The notes below the pieces were generated by a model that was not told the DNA's origin, ran no database searches, and worked only from the letters and a program-made list of their open reading frames with translations. 64,000 bases of DNA from Gammaproteobacteria bacterium (GTDB taxonomy: Bacteria > Pseudomonadota > Gammaproteobacteria > Porifericomitales > Porifericomitaceae), in NCBI GenBank assembly GCA_014238615.1, contig JABAAT010000024.1:104234-168233 (forward strand), read 5' to 3'. The position numbers and the translations under genes were made by a program. Each line of letters starts with the position of its first letter. Position 1 is the stretch's first letter. Below, piece after piece: positions 41,018-52,623 of the stretch.

Positions 41018-42238
41018 CTACAGATGCTTACGAAACCACTCGCCGCAACGTTTCCAGAAACCGCCCGCGTCGCGGGCCTGGGCGCGATCCTTGATATTGC
41101 GGCCGAAATACAACAGGCCCACGCCGGCGGCGTAGGCAGGATTGCAGAGCGTGTCGTTCAGACCCGCGCCGGAGCGCGGCACGCCAGTGCGCACCGGTAC
41201 CCGGAAGATCTCCTCGGCCAGTTCCACCACGCCTTCCATGCGCGCGCTGCCGCCGCTCAGCACCACGCCGGCGGCGATGCTGTTTTCAAAGCCGCTGCGT
41301 TCCAGTTCCGTCCGCACCAGGCCGAATAATTCCTCGTAGCGAGGCTGAACCACCTCAACCAGGGTCTGGCGCTCCAGGCGCCGCGCCGACCGATCGCCGA
41401 CCCCCGGCACCTGGAGGTTTTCCTCCGGATTGCTGAGCTGGCCCAGGGCACAGGCATACCGGACCTTGAGTTCCTCGGCGAATTGGCGCGGGGTGCGCAG
41501 GGCCACCGCCAGGTCATTCGTCACTTGGTCTCCGGCGATGGGCAACACCGCGGTATGCTGCACGGCGCCGTCCCGGTACACGGTGATACTGGTGGTGCCG
41601 GCGCCGATATCCACCAGGCAGACGCCCAGCTCCCGCTCGTCTTCCAACAGCACCGCCTGGCTGGAAGCCAGTTGCTCCAGAATGATGTCGTCCACCTGCA
41701 GGCCGCAGCGGCAAATGCTCTTCTGGAGGTTCTGCACCGAACTGGAGGCGCCGGTCACCAGGTGCACGCGCACTTCCAGGCGCACGCCGGACATGCCCAC
41801 GGGATCGCGCACACCGTCCTGGCGATCGATGATGAATTCCTGGGGCAACACGTGCAGCAAACGCTGGTCGTCGGGAAGCGCCACCGCCCGGGCGGCATCA
41901 ATGACCCGCTCCACATCACCCCGGCTCACCTCACGGTCGCGGATCGCCACGATGCCGGTGGAGTTCAGGCTGCGCACGTGACTGCCGGAGATGCTGGCAT
42001 AAACCGAGTGAATTTCGCAGCCCGCCATCAGCTCCGCCTCCTGGATGGCGCCGCAGATGGACTGCACCGTGGAATCGATATTCACCACCACACCCTTCTT
42101 CAGGCCGCGCGAGGCGTGCACGCCCAGACCGATGATCTCCAATTCCTCACCGGGGCGGCATTCGGCCACCAGGGCCATCACCTTGGCGGTCCCCACATCC
42201 AGGCCGACCACCAGTTCTCGATCACCACTGCGTTTCAT
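41018..42238 (-). CDS. ftsA: Cell-division protein FtsA.
   Basis: Actin-like ATPase with FtsA motifs (VGLDVGTAKV, DIGAGTT). Confidence 0.95.
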   Translation of the reverse strand: MKRSGDRELVVGLDVGTAKVMALVAECRPGEELEIIGLGVHASRGLKKGVVVNIDSTVQSICGAIQEAELMAGCEIHSVYASISGSHVRSLNSTGIVAIRDREVSRGDVERVIDAARAVALPDDQRLLHVLPQEFIIDRQDGVRDPVGMSGVRLEVRVHLVTGASSSVQNLQKSICRCGLQVDDIILEQLASSQAVLLEDERELGVCLVDIGAGTTSITVYRDGAVQHTAVLPIAGDQVTNDLAVALRTPRQFAEELKVRYACALGQLSNPEENLQVPGVGDRSARRLERQTLVEVVQPRYEELFGLVRTELERSGFENSIAAGVVLSGGSARMEGVVELAEEIFRVPVRTGVPRSGAGLNDTLCNPAYAAGVGLLYFGRNIKDRAQARDAGGFWKRCGEWFRKHL

Positions 42239-43041
42239 GGTATTTCTCCCACGGCGTCTTCCCCGGCGATTCCTCCAACGCTTCTCATATCCAGGGAGTG
42301 CTCCGGCGCCGCGTGGAGCGCCGCCAGGCCACCGTCATAGCGCAGGTCGACACGCCGCAGCAGGGCCTTCCGCTCGGCGGAGAGAGTCACCGCATAGCGC
42401 AGCAGGCGCCGCACGCGCCGCGCCAGTTGTTCGGTCTGCCCCAGGTAGATGCGGGCGCCACCTCGCAAGCCGGCGACCCAGGCGCCGCGCGTGCTCAATT
42501 CCAGGTTTTCCAGGTACAACCCCGTGGCGGCGAAACCTTTCCGCAACGCGAGGTAATGGCTCAGCACGACGCGCGTGGCGTCGGGCGGGCCGCGCAACAG
42601 CGGCAAACGCGCCGTCTCCGCGTTGCCCCGGGCAGGGAATAATTCGCCGCGGGCATTCAGGAAGCCCTCCTCGCCCCAGCGCACCACCGGCCGCTGCTCG
42701 CGCAGCTCGACCTGCAGACGGTTCGGCCACAAGCGCCGCACCGTGACCGTCTCCACCCAAGCTTCGCTCAACAGCGCGGCGCTCACTTCTTCCAGGTTCG
42801 CGGCGAGCATGTTCCCCCGCAAATGCTGCTCCACGAGGCCACGCAGGCGCGCCACGCGCAGGTGCTGAAACTCGCCCCGTACCTCCACATTCAGGATGGG
42901 CCACAAGGAAGGCATGTGCCGCTGCAACCAGAAAACAGGTACCAGGAACAACACGGCCACCGGCAGCCAGGGCCACAGGCGCCGTTGAACGCGGCGCGGC
43001 GCGGCACCGGTGCGGGCGACAGACGGAGGCCGCTTACGCAT
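42235..43041 (-). CDS. ftsQ: Cell-division protein FtsQ.
   Basis: It has a POTRA domain and a single TM helix. Its position between ddl and ftsA supports the call. Confidence 0.85.
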   Translation of the reverse strand: MRKRPPSVARTGAAPRRVQRRLWPWLPVAVLFLVPVFWLQRHMPSLWPILNVEVRGEFQHLRVARLRGLVEQHLRGNMLAANLEEVSAALLSEAWVETVTVRRLWPNRLQVELREQRPVVRWGEEGFLNARGELFPARGNAETARLPLLRGPPDATRVVLSHYLALRKGFAATGLYLENLELSTRGAWVAGLRGGARIYLGQTEQLARRVRRLLRYAVTLSAERKALLRRVDLRYDGGLAALHAAPEHSLDMRSVGGIAGEDAVGEIP

Positions 43042-44002
43042 TTTGCCCAGCGCCGCGGGGTGCGGCGCTCTCCAGGATGGTCAACACCAGGTCATCAAAT
43101 TCCATGCCCGCGGCGTGCGCCGCCTTCGGTACCAGGCTATGCGGCCCGAGACCGGGGACGGTGTTTATTTCCAACAGATGGAAGGCGCCTCCCCGCTCCC
43201 GCATCAGGTCCACACGGCCCCAGCCCGCAGCGCCGGGCGCCTCAAAAGCCTGCAACACCATGCGCGCCAGTTCGGCTTCCCCGGCCGTATCCAAACCACA
43301 GGGACAGAGGTAGCGGGTGGTGCTGCTCTCGTACTTGGCGTGGTAGTCGTAGAACCCGCCCGGGGTTTCCAGGCGAATCGTCGGCAGGGCGCGCGCGCCG
43401 AGTACACCCACGGTGTATTCCTCACCCTCGATCCAGCGTTCCACCAACACCCGGCCGCCGTAACCCACCGCCTGTTCCAGGGCGGTGCACAGCTCGCCCG
43501 CGGCATCAACACGCACGGCACCGAGGCTGGAACCCTCGCACACCGGCTTGACCATGAGCGGGTAGCCGAGCCGAGCCGCCGCCGCATCCGGCGCGGACTC
43601 CCCCGCACGCCATTCGAAAAACTCCGGGGTGGGCAGACCTCGCGCCTGCCAGATCTGCTTCAGGCGCGTCTTGTCCATGGACAACGCCGAGGCCAGCACA
43701 CCGCTGCCCGTATAGGGCACTCCCAGCATCTCCAGGGTGCCCTGCACGGTACCGTCTTCTCCCGCCCCACCGTGCAGGGCAATGAAGACCCGCGCGTCCG
43801 GCCGCAGGAATTCGGCTGGGAATTCGGTTGGGGTTCGCCGCGCCGGATCGAAGTCCACGGCCGGGATGCCCAGACGCTCCAGGCTCTCCAGCACCATGGC
43901 GCCGCTCTCCAGCGAGATGGAGCGCTCCAACGAGCTGCCGCCCCGCAATACCACCACGGCGCCGTGGTTCCCGGACCCTGCTGCGCGCGGCAGCTTCACC
44001 AC
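43034..44002 (-). CDS. ddl: D-alanine--D-alanine ligase.
   Basis: ATP-grasp fold with Ddl motifs (VAVLRGGSSLERSISL, HGGAGEDGTVQG). Confidence 0.93.
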   Translation of the reverse strand: MVKLPRAAGSGNHGAVVVLRGGSSLERSISLESGAMVLESLERLGIPAVDFDPARRTPTEFPAEFLRPDARVFIALHGGAGEDGTVQGTLEMLGVPYTGSGVLASALSMDKTRLKQIWQARGLPTPEFFEWRAGESAPDAAAARLGYPLMVKPVCEGSSLGAVRVDAAGELCTALEQAVGYGGRVLVERWIEGEEYTVGVLGARALPTIRLETPGGFYDYHAKYESSTTRYLCPCGLDTAGEAELARMVLQAFEAPGAAGWGRVDLMRERGGAFHLLEINTVPGLGPHSLVPKAAHAAGMEFDDLVLTILESAAPRGAGQNA

Positions 44003-44943
44003 TGCTCCCCAGGCGGCGGCACGGCTTCCCCGATGATCACCACTTCCGTCTCAAGAGTCACCCCCGTACGTTTCAGAACCTCTCGCCGCACGCGATTAAT
44101 GAGACGCTCAATATCGGCCGCCGCGGCGCCGCCCTCGTTCACAATGAAGTTGGCGTGCCGGGGGGAAACCCGCGCGCACCCCTCCGCCGCGCCTTTCAGA
44201 CCGCAAAGCTCGATCAGCCGGGCCGCGTGCTCCCCGGGGGGATTGCGAAACACCGAACCACAGCTGTACAGGGACCGGGGCTGCGTGGCGGTGCGGTGCC
44301 GCAGTTGCTCCAGCATACGCTCGCGCACCACCGCTGCGGAATCCATCTTCAGGGCCAGGCACGCACCCGTGAACCACTCGTTCCGCGCCTCTCCGGAGAC
44401 GCGGCGCAGGCTCCGGTAAGCAGCCTGAAAATCCGAGGCCGAACACCGCCGAAGCCGGCCGCTCCGATCCACGGTCTCCACCTCAGTGACCAGCCTCCAT
44501 AATTCGTTGCCGTGGGCACCGGCATTCATCGCCAGGGCACCTCCCAGGGAGCCGGGCACGCCAGCCAGAAACTCCACCCCCGCCAGGCCCAGGCGCGCTG
44601 CACCGCGGGCCATGCGCGGACAGGGCACACCCGCTTCGGCCCACAGGCCGCCTTGAGGGTCAAACTCCAGCCGGTTCAGATCGCGGGTACATATCACGAC
44701 GCCGCGCAGCCCCCCGTCCCGCACCAGCAGATTGCTGCCGCGTCCGACCCAGTAGATCGCCTCGGTGGGCGACAGCTGCTCCAGGAAAGCGCAAAGATCA
44801 CGCAGATCCCGCGGTTGAAACCAGCGATCCGCCGAGCCGCCCGCGCGCCAGGTGGTATGGCGCGCCATTGGTTCCGCGCGGCGTACCCGAGACGCCATGC
44901 GTGCAACAACCCGGGTCGAAACCTCTTTCATGAGCGCCGCCAC
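43996..44943 (-). CDS. murB: UDP-N-acetylenolpyruvoylglucosamine reductase MurB.
   Basis: FAD-binding PCMH domain with MurB motifs (TTWRAGG, GSVFRNP). Confidence 0.9.
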   Translation of the reverse strand: MAALMKEVSTRVVARMASRVRRAEPMARHTTWRAGGSADRWFQPRDLRDLCAFLEQLSPTEAIYWVGRGSNLLVRDGGLRGVVICTRDLNRLEFDPQGGLWAEAGVPCPRMARGAARLGLAGVEFLAGVPGSLGGALAMNAGAHGNELWRLVTEVETVDRSGRLRRCSASDFQAAYRSLRRVSGEARNEWFTGACLALKMDSAAVVRERMLEQLRHRTATQPRSLYSCGSVFRNPPGEHAARLIELCGLKGAAEGCARVSPRHANFIVNEGGAAAADIERLINRVRREVLKRTGVTLETEVVIIGEAVPPPGEQW

Positions 44944-44959
44944 GATGAGAACTCCCGTT

Positions 44960-46033
44960 TCATATGCGCGCCTCGCGCAGGCAATGATCGACCACTTGTT
45001 CCGCAGCGCGCGGTCGCGCCAATTGCTTCCCCGCGGCCGCCATGCGCCACAGGCTTTCGCGATCCCGCTCCAGGCGCCGCAACTCGTCCGGCAGGCGCAG
45101 CGCCAGTTCCTCTTGCGGCAGGGTCAGCGCCGCCCCGCCGCGCGCCAGGCAGGCGGCGTTCCGAGCCTGGTGATCGTCGGCGGCTCCCGGCAGGGGTACC
45201 AGGATGGCGGCCAGACCCACGGCGCAGAGTTCGGAGAGGGTCAGGGCGCCGGCCCGGCAGACCACCAGGTCGGCCCATAGGTAAGCCTCCGCGATATTTT
45301 CCAGGTAATCGTCCACACGCACCTGCGCGCAGGCGTCGTGGTAAGCCTCCCGGGTCGCCGCGCCGCGCCCCGCGCCCGCCTGGTGCCATACTTCCAGGGA
45401 CGGCCGACCGGCCAGACCGCGCAGCAGCTTTGGCATCAATTCGTTCAGTGCGTGCGCTCCCTGGCTGCCACCCAGCACCAACAGGCGCAGCGGCGCGGCG
45501 GCGGCACGCGCCGCGCGGCGCTGCCCGGGAGACGGCAACCCGGTCAATTCCGGGCGCAGGGGATTGCCCACGGTACGCGGCTCCAGGCGCTCCGGGAAGG
45601 CTCCGGGAAAGGCCTGCAGGACACAAACCGCATATCGGCTCAACCATCGATTCGCCAGTCCCGGCACGCTGTTCTGCTCATGCACGCAGAGCGGAATACG
45701 CAACAGGCGCGCCGCCAGGGCACCCGGCACACTGGCGTATCCCCCCATGCCCAGGGCCACCGCGGGGCGCCGGCGGCGCAGCCACCACACGGCGCGCCAA
45801 ACCGCCCAAGCGAAAAGCGGCCACATCGACAATGCCCGCAAGCCGCCGCCGCGTAGCCCCCTGACAGGCAGGCGCAGCAAGGGAATACCCCAGCGCGCCG
45901 CGACCTTTTGCTCCGGCCCGGCCGCACCCAGCCAACAGACATCGTGTCCGCGGCGGCGCAACTCCAGGGCCACGGAGAGCGCCGGGTACACGTGCCCGCC
46001 GGTACCGCCGGCCAAAAGCGCCACCTCAGGCAT
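44960..46033 (-). CDS. murG: UDP-GlcNAc:undecaprenyl-PP-MurNAc-pentapeptide GlcNAc transferase MurG.
   Basis: LAGGTGGHVYPALSVA is a MurG signature. The ATG at 46033 is preferred, though the ORF extends to 46108. Confidence 0.9.
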   Translation of the reverse strand: MPEVALLAGGTGGHVYPALSVALELRRRGHDVCWLGAAGPEQKVAARWGIPLLRLPVRGLRGGGLRALSMWPLFAWAVWRAVWWLRRRRPAVALGMGGYASVPGALAARLLRIPLCVHEQNSVPGLANRWLSRYAVCVLQAFPGAFPERLEPRTVGNPLRPELTGLPSPGQRRAARAAAAPLRLLVLGGSQGAHALNELMPKLLRGLAGRPSLEVWHQAGAGRGAATREAYHDACAQVRVDDYLENIAEAYLWADLVVCRAGALTLSELCAVGLAAILVPLPGAADDHQARNAACLARGGAALTLPQEELALRLPDELRRLERDRESLWRMAAAGKQLARPRAAEQVVDHCLREARI

Positions 46034-47213
46034 GGTCCCCGGGCGGCGGTATGCGCCGCACCTCCAGGCAGGCGCGCAGCAGCAGGCCGAGCAACAGGCA
46101 GGTGGCAAGCATGCTGCTGCCTCCGTAACTGAGCAATGGCAACGGCAGCCCCTTGGTGGGCAGCAACCCCAGGTTGACGCCGATATTCAGGAACACCTGG
46201 CCACCGAGCAGCAACCCGGCGCCATAGGCCACCCAGGCCGCGAAGAAGTGCCCAGCTAATACGGCGCGACGCCCAATGGCAAAACTCTTCCAGAGCAACA
46301 GGCTATATAGCAAAATGACGCTCAGACAACCGATAAAACCCAGTTCCTCGGCCAACACCGCGAAGCTGAAGTCGGTATGCGCCTCGGGCAGATAGAACAG
46401 TTTTTGCACCCCGTCTCCCAGGCCGACTCCCCAGAGTCCACCGCGACCAACGGCGATCAGGGACTGTGTCAGCTGGAAGCCGGAATCAAACGGATCCGCC
46501 CAAGGGTCCAGAAAGCCGAGCAGGCGCTCCATGCGGTATTCCGAGGTCAACAACAGGCAGCCGAACAGGGCGCCACCGATGCACAGCCATGCAGAGAGCC
46601 GCGCCAAGGGGGCGCCGGCAATAAACAACAACCCCAAGGTCAGTCCGAACAACAGCACGCAACTCCCGTAGTCCGGTTCCGCGAGCAGCAGCACGAGATA
46701 CAACGGAGTGATCAGGAACAGCGGCGCCAGGCACACCCAGGCTGAATCCCGCAGCCGCGCGCGGTGCCGCACCAGGTAGCCGGCCAGGTAAACAAGCAGG
46801 CACAGCTTGCTGAATTCGGAGACCTGCACACTGAAGGAAGCAAAGCGCAACCAACGCCGGCTGCCGTTCACCTCGTGTCCCAGCCCGGGCAGCAACACCG
46901 CGACCAAGCCCAGCAGACCGAACAGCAGCAACGCCGGCCCGAGCCACTGCCAGAGCCGCAGGGGAAGGCGCATGAGCAGCGCCATGCCGGCCAGGCCGAC
47001 GCCGCACCACAGCAGCTGCCGTTTCAGGAAGAACAGGGGATCACCGAAGCTCCGCTCGGCCAGGCTGACCGAGGCGCTGCAGAGCAGTACCAGGCCCAGA
47101 CCCAGCAGGAACAGCAGCACCCATAACAGCGTTTCCAGGTCCTGGTCCCGCTTTATGTGCCGGGCGCCGCCCGCCGCGGGGGCGGCGCTCAAGGATTGCG
47201 CGCGAGTCAACAT
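46026..47213 (-). CDS. ftsW: Lipid II flippase / cell-division protein FtsW.
   Basis: SEDS-family polytopic membrane protein with FtsW motifs. Confidence 0.9.
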   Translation of the reverse strand: MLTRAQSLSAAPAAGGARHIKRDQDLETLLWVLLFLLGLGLVLLCSASVSLAERSFGDPLFFLKRQLLWCGVGLAGMALLMRLPLRLWQWLGPALLLFGLLGLVAVLLPGLGHEVNGSRRWLRFASFSVQVSEFSKLCLLVYLAGYLVRHRARLRDSAWVCLAPLFLITPLYLVLLLAEPDYGSCVLLFGLTLGLLFIAGAPLARLSAWLCIGGALFGCLLLTSEYRMERLLGFLDPWADPFDSGFQLTQSLIAVGRGGLWGVGLGDGVQKLFYLPEAHTDFSFAVLAEELGFIGCLSVILLYSLLLWKSFAIGRRAVLAGHFFAAWVAYGAGLLLGGQVFLNIGVNLGLLPTKGLPLPLLSYGGSSMLATCLLLGLLLRACLEVRRIPPPGDHA

Positions 47214-48601
47214 GGCGCAAACTCCGGCAGCGCCAGCACCTGCTTCATGAAATCCTCGCCACGCTCCTCAAAATCCCGGTAGCTGTCGCGGGAGGAGCAG
47301 GCAGGCGCCAGCAGCACCGTATCGCCGGCGCGCGCGCAAGCCGCGGCGATCCGCACCGCCTCCGCCATGGTGGCGCAGCTCCGGGTATCCGTATGCGGCG
47401 CCAGCTGCGCTTCCAGAAGCGCGGCGTCGCGCCCCAGGCACAGGGCCAGCCGCACCCGTCCGCGCGCGGCCTCTGCCAGGCGACCATAGTCGTCATGTTT
47501 CGCCAGGCCGCCGCAGATGAGCAGCAGGGGCGCACGCTCACCCAGCGTTTCCAGGGCGACGCGGGCGGCCTTCACGTTCGTGGCCTTGGAGTCGTTGTAC
47601 CAGGCGACCCCGCGCCGCTCACCAACGCGCTGCAGGCGATGCGGCAACCCCCGGAAATCACGTAGAGATTCCACGACCTCCGGGATATCCAGACCGACCG
47701 CCTCCCCCAGGCACAGGGCCGCCAGCGCGTTACTCCAGTTATGTGGACCGCGCAAACACAACTCCTCTACCGGCAGCAGCGCCTTGCCGCGCCGCATCAG
47801 CCAGTCGCGGCCGGAGCGCTGCACCAGGCCGTAGGCGGCGCGCACCGCGCGCCGGCTGTAGCTCAGGATATCCCCCGAGCAGCGACACCCGTGGGCCAGC
47901 GCGTCATCCAGGTTCACGACCCGCACTTCAGCACCGCGATAGATACGACGCTTGACCCCGGCGTAATGGCGCAGATTCCGGTACCGTTCCAGGTGATCGG
48001 GGCTGACATTCAGCACGACCGCCGCTGCAGCGCCCATCCTCTCCACTCGTTCCAGCTGAAAACTGGACAGCTCCAACACATACAGATCCACATTCTCGTC
48101 CAGCACATCCAGCGCCGGGGGGCCGCTGTTGCCTCCCAGTCCGACACGCCAGCCGCTCGCCTGCATCAGGTGACGCAACAGGTGCACGGTAGTGGTCTTG
48201 CCGTTGGTGCCGGTCACCGCGACCACGGGAGCACGGCTGTGGCGCCGGAACAATTCGATATCCCCCAACAACGGCACGCCGGCAGCCGCAGCCTCCACCA
48301 GCGCCGCTTCGTTCGGAGACAACCCGGGGCTGAGCAGCAGGTAACCGGCCTGCTTCAGCAGTTCCACGCGTAGACCGCCGACGTACACCGGCGCCTCGGG
48401 AAAGTCGCGCCGCCAACAATCCAGGCCGGGCGGGCGGGCGCGGGTGTCGTTGCCGACAAAAGACACTCCCCGCCGCTGCAAAAAACGCGCGCAGGAGAGC
48501 CCGGTCAAACCCAGCCCCACCACCGCCGCGGTATGGTGTCCATGCTCCCGGGCGCTTCCCGGACACGGTTCGGCTTCCCGCAATGAAAGAAGATCCATCA
48601 T
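47207..48601 (-). CDS. murD: UDP-N-acetylmuramoylalanine--D-glutamate ligase MurD.
   Basis: [15 protein letters not shown] is a MurD N-terminal signature, and the Mur ligase domains follow. The start at 48601 overlaps the mraY stop (ATGA). Confidence 0.9.
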   Translation of the reverse strand: MMDLLSLREAEPCPGSAREHGHHTAAVVGLGLTGLSCARFLQRRGVSFVGNDTRARPPGLDCWRRDFPEAPVYVGGLRVELLKQAGYLLLSPGLSPNEAALVEAAAAGVPLLGDIELFRRHSRAPVVAVTGTNGKTTTVHLLRHLMQASGWRVGLGGNSGPPALDVLDENVDLYVLELSSFQLERVERMGAAAAVVLNVSPDHLERYRNLRHYAGVKRRIYRGAEVRVVNLDDALAHGCRCSGDILSYSRRAVRAAYGLVQRSGRDWLMRRGKALLPVEELCLRGPHNWSNALAALCLGEAVGLDIPEVVESLRDFRGLPHRLQRVGERRGVAWYNDSKATNVKAARVALETLGERAPLLLICGGLAKHDDYGRLAEAARGRVRLALCLGRDAALLEAQLAPHTDTRSCATMAEAVRIAAACARAGDTVLLAPACSSRDSYRDFEERGEDFMKQVLALPEFAPC

Positions 48602-49680
48602 CGTATCTTCAAGCTCGCCAGCCCGATCAGTACCAGGATCACGGTGATGATCCAAAAGCGCACGATAATCTTCGGCTCCGGCCAGCCTTTGAGTTCAAAA
48701 TGATGGTGCAGCGGCGCCATGCGGAACACGCGGCGCCTGGTGAGTTTGAAGACCGCCACCTGGATGATCACCGAAAGCGTTTCCAGCACGAAGATACCCC
48801 CCATGATCACCAGCGTGAGTTCCTGGCGCACGATGACCGCCACCACCCCCAGTGCGGCGCCCAGCGACAAGGCCCCGATATCACCCATGAACATCTGCGC
48901 GGGGTAACTGTTGTACCAGAGAAAGGCGAGTCCGGCGCCGATGATGGAAGCACAGAACACCGACAGTTCCCCGGCGCCGGTAATATAAGGAATGCCGAGG
49001 TAGTCGGAGAAATACGTATGCCCGCTGAGATAAGCAAAGACGGCGAGCGCCCCGGCCACCAGCACCACGGGCAACACGGCCAGTCCATCCAGGCCGTCGC
49101 TGAGATTGACGCCGTTGCTCGTTCCCACCACGGTGAGCAGCGCCAGGATCGGGAAAAACCAACCCAGCTGCGGATTGATCTCCTTGATAAATGGAACCAG
49201 CAGCTGGGTTTCCTGCGGACTCCCGGCGCCCTGGAACAGGAGCACGGCGAAGCAACCGCCGAGCACACACTGCCAGAGGAACTTCGAGGACACGCTGAGA
49301 CCACCGGAATCGCGGCGACTGATTTTCAAGTAGTCATCAATGCCACCAAGCAGCCCGAAGCCCAGGCAGGTGAGCAACGCCAGCCAAACATACTGGTTAT
49401 CCAACTGCGACCAGCAAAGGGTCCCAGCCGTCACGCAGAACAGGATCAGCAGGCCGCCCATGGTCGGTGTGCCGAGTTTCTTCTGGTGTGATTCCGGACC
49501 TTCCGGGCGTATTTCCTGGCCGATGCGCCGCCGTTCAAGCAGGCGGATGAGAAACGGGCCGAGCAGGAAAGCGAGCAGTAACGCGGTCAGCAACCCCATG
49601 ATGAAACGCAGTGTCAGGTATTGGAAAACGCTGAAGCCGGAGTCGAAGCGCTCCAGGTATTCGGTGAGCCAGAGCAACAT
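48598..49680 (-). CDS. mraY: Phospho-N-acetylmuramoyl-pentapeptide transferase MraY.
   Basis: Full-length MraY ([25 protein letters not shown]...). Confidence 0.95.
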   Translation of the reverse strand: MLLWLTEYLERFDSGFSVFQYLTLRFIMGLLTALLLAFLLGPFLIRLLERRRIGQEIRPEGPESHQKKLGTPTMGGLLILFCVTAGTLCWSQLDNQYVWLALLTCLGFGLLGGIDDYLKISRRDSGGLSVSSKFLWQCVLGGCFAVLLFQGAGSPQETQLLVPFIKEINPQLGWFFPILALLTVVGTSNGVNLSDGLDGLAVLPVVLVAGALAVFAYLSGHTYFSDYLGIPYITGAGELSVFCASIIGAGLAFLWYNSYPAQMFMGDIGALSLGAALGVVAVIVRQELTLVIMGGIFVLETLSVIIQVAVFKLTRRRVFRMAPLHHHFELKGWPEPKIIVRFWIITVILVLIGLASLKIR

Positions 49681-49684
49681 ATTG

Positions 49685-51088
49685 CTAATCTTCCAGGGCG
49701 CCGGGCGCCCTCACCAGGGACTCCACCAGGCGCTCCATGTGCGCCAGGCGCGAGCCCTTCACCAAGACGTGCAGATCGGTGTCGGCCGCGTCCCGCACCA
49801 GCGGCGCCACCGACTCCGGCGCCGGGACGCAGGAAGCTCCCGCGCCAAAGGCGGCGGCCGCATGCGCCGCCAGGTCTCCCACGCAGTAAAGTCGTTCTAC
49901 TCCAGCGGCACGCGCCGCGCGGCCGGCCTCCTCATGCAGCCGTGCGCCGGACGGACCCAATTCATGCATATCACCCAGTACCAGCCAGCGCCGTCCCGCA
50001 CAGGCGGTCAGCACTTCCAGGGCGGCGCGCAGGGAACCGGGATTCGCGTTGTAGCTGTCATCCAGCAACAGGCTGCCGCGCGGTCCCTGCCGCGGCTGCA
50101 GGCGTCCCGGAGCCGGGCGGCAGGATGCCAGGCCACGCACGATTTCCGCCCCGGGAACACCCAGAACGTGGGCCGCCGCCGCCGCCGCGAGGGCATTATA
50201 TAAGTTGTGCTTACCGCACAGGGCCAGGCGCACGGAGCCTTCAAACCCAGGCAGGCATAGCAGAAATTGCGCACCCGCGGCGCGCGCCAGCGGCCGCCAG
50301 GCGCGCGCGCTGACCTCGGCCCGCTCCGCCAGTCCGAAGCAGAGCACCCGCCCGGGCGCACGGCACCGCCAGGAATCAATGAAGACATCGTCAGCATTGA
50401 GCACCGCCGTGCCATCCGCCTCCATGCCTGCAAAGATCTCGGCCTTGACCGCCGCTACCCCGGCAAGGTCTCTCAGGCCTTCCAGGTGAGCCGGCGCGCA
50501 CTGCGTGATCAACACCACCCGCGGCCGCGTCCAGTGACTCAACCGGGAAAGATCGCCGGGCCGCCCGGCGCCCAGTTCCAGAACCGCTGAGCGATGCTCC
50601 GGGCCCAGCTCAAACAGGGTCAGGGGCACGCCGATGTCGTTGTTCAGATTGCCGCGTGTCATCAACACCGGGGCCACCGACCCCAGGATGGAACCGAGTA
50701 ATTCCTTGACCGTGGTTTTACCATTGCTACCGGTAACGGCGACCAGCGGTAACTCGAAGCGCCTGCGCCAGTCCGCCGCTAACGCGCCCAGGGCGGCGCG
50801 GCAGTCCGGCACCCCCAGCAGCGGCAGTTTCATGGGCACGCGCAAGTCCGATCGAGGTGGCGCGCGCGACAATTCCACCACGGCGCCGGCCGCGCCGGCC
50901 GCGTCGGCCTGCGCCAGGAAATCATGTCCGTCATAGCGCGGCCCCCGCAGCGCAAAAAACAACTCGCCGTCGCCCAGCCGCCGGCTGTCGGTACCACACC
51001 CCTGGAAACACCCGGACAGGTTCCCGGACCCGGCCCCAAGCTCGGCTCCCGTGACCCGCGCCGCCTCTGCCAGGGACATTTCAATCAA
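49685..51088 (-). CDS. murF: UDP-MurNAc-tripeptide--D-Ala-D-Ala ligase MurF.
   Basis: Mur ligase with GSNGKTT P-loop. Its position between murE and mraY supports the call. Confidence 0.9.
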   Translation of the reverse strand: MIEMSLAEAARVTGAELGAGSGNLSGCFQGCGTDSRRLGDGELFFALRGPRYDGHDFLAQADAAGAAGAVVELSRAPPRSDLRVPMKLPLLGVPDCRAALGALAADWRRRFELPLVAVTGSNGKTTVKELLGSILGSVAPVLMTRGNLNNDIGVPLTLFELGPEHRSAVLELGAGRPGDLSRLSHWTRPRVVLITQCAPAHLEGLRDLAGVAAVKAEIFAGMEADGTAVLNADDVFIDSWRCRAPGRVLCFGLAERAEVSARAWRPLARAAGAQFLLCLPGFEGSVRLALCGKHNLYNALAAAAAAHVLGVPGAEIVRGLASCRPAPGRLQPRQGPRGSLLLDDSYNANPGSLRAALEVLTACAGRRWLVLGDMHELGPSGARLHEEAGRAARAAGVERLYCVGDLAAHAAAAFGAGASCVPAPESVAPLVRDAADTDLHVLVKGSRLAHMERLVESLVRAPGALED

Positions 51089-52623
51089 CGGGCCTGCTCC
51101 ACCAGGCGGCGCACCAGTTCCCGATCGCTGTGTGGACGGGCCACGCCGCCCGCATACTGGAACTGCTCATGCCCCTTGCCAGCCACCAGTACGGTGTCGC
51201 CGGGCGCGGCCGCCTCCAAAGCCATGCGAATCGCGCGCTCCCGGCTTACTTCCACGCTGACCCGCTTCCGGCGCCGGACACCGGCCAGGATTTCATCGAT
51301 GATGGCCTGCGGATCCTCGCCCCGGGGATTATCGCTGGTCAACACCACCTGGTCGGCCAGCCAGGTGGCCAGGGCCCCCATACGCGGCCGCTTGCCTCGA
51401 TCGCGCTCGCCGCCACAGCCGAACACACACCACAGGCGCCCGCGCGTCCGGCGTCGCAACACCAGCAGGGCCGCACCCAGGGACTCGGGGGCATGGGCAT
51501 AGTCCACTACCACCAGAACGCCGCGCGGATGCGGGAAGCGCTCCATGCGACCGGCCGGTCCCGCGCGCTCACACTCCAGGGCGGAAGCCGCCGCCTCCGG
51601 CTCATGACCGAGCAACGCAAGCGTCGCCCAACAGGCCAGCAGGTTGGCGCCGTTGAAGGCACCCAAGAGCGGCGAACGGAGACGCGCCGCTCCCCAGGGG
51701 CTCCGCAGCTCCAACTCCAGGCCGGCGTCGCTCTCCCGGCAACGGCCGCTGACCGGCGTGCCCCGGCGGACCCCACGGCCCGGCGCATCACGGCGCAGCC
51801 TGTAGATCACCACCGGCAGTTCCACGGGCAGTTCCATGACCAGGCGCCACCCCCGCCGATCGTCGACGTTGATCACCGCGGCCCCCAGGCGCGGCAGGAG
51901 AAACAGGCTTTTCTTGGCTTCCCAGTAGGCTTCAAGCGAGGCATGATAATCCAGGTGATCGCGCCCGAGATTGGTAAAGATCGCGGCCGTGAAACACACT
52001 CCGGCGACGCGCTTTTGCCGCAGTGCGTGGGAAGAGACTTCCAGCACCGCGTGGGAAGCCCCCGCCTCTGAAAATTCATGCAGGCCGCGCTGCAGTTCCA
52101 CGGCCCCAGGCGTGGTGTTCGGGGAAGGCCGCAGGGCACCGGGAAACCCCGTGCCCAAGGTGCCCATGACGCCACAGGCGCGCGCATTCCCGGAGAGCCG
52201 GCAAAGCGCCCCGGCCAGGAGGCTGCTCACGGTGGTTTTACCGTTGCTGCCGGTGACCCCAATCACCCGGAGGCGGTTCGAAGGATGGCCGTAGTAGCGA
52301 TCCGCGAGGAGACCGATCCGAGCGCGCAGCTCCGGCACTTCCAGCACCGGGAAAGCGGCGTCCACGCGCCGCCGGGCGGCACCGGCGCCGCTCTCCACCA
52401 GGGCGCCAACAGCACCGGCGCGGCGCGCCTCCCCCAGGAAATCCGCGCCGTCACGCTCCAGGCCGCGACAGGCTAAAAACAGGTCGCCGCGCCGCACGCG
52501 ACGGCTGTCCTGGGCCAGCCCCGCCACCGACAATGCAGGTACCGAGGACAACTCCGTGAACCCCGCCAGCAGTTCCGGCAACGCACGCGGCACCGGCGAC
52601 TCCGAAGCTCGCGCGGCCTTCAC
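51085..52623 (-). CDS. murE: UDP-MurNAc-L-Ala-D-Glu--meso-DAP ligase MurE.
   Basis: Mur ligase with [10 protein letters not shown] and the C-terminal DNPR motif. Confidence 0.9.
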   Translation of the reverse strand: MKAARASESPVPRALPELLAGFTELSSVPALSVAGLAQDSRRVRRGDLFLACRGLERDGADFLGEARRAGAVGALVESGAGAARRRVDAAFPVLEVPELRARIGLLADRYYGHPSNRLRVIGVTGSNGKTTVSSLLAGALCRLSGNARACGVMGTLGTGFPGALRPSPNTTPGAVELQRGLHEFSEAGASHAVLEVSSHALRQKRVAGVCFTAAIFTNLGRDHLDYHASLEAYWEAKKSLFLLPRLGAAVINVDDRRGWRLVMELPVELPVVIYRLRRDAPGRGVRRGTPVSGRCRESDAGLELELRSPWGAARLRSPLLGAFNGANLLACWATLALLGHEPEAAASALECERAGPAGRMERFPHPRGVLVVVDYAHAPESLGAALLVLRRRTRGRLWCVFGCGGERDRGKRPRMGALATWLADQVVLTSDNPRGEDPQAIIDEILAGVRRRKRVSVEVSRERAIRMALEAAAPGDTVLVAGKGHEQFQYAGGVARPHSDRELVRRLVEQAR

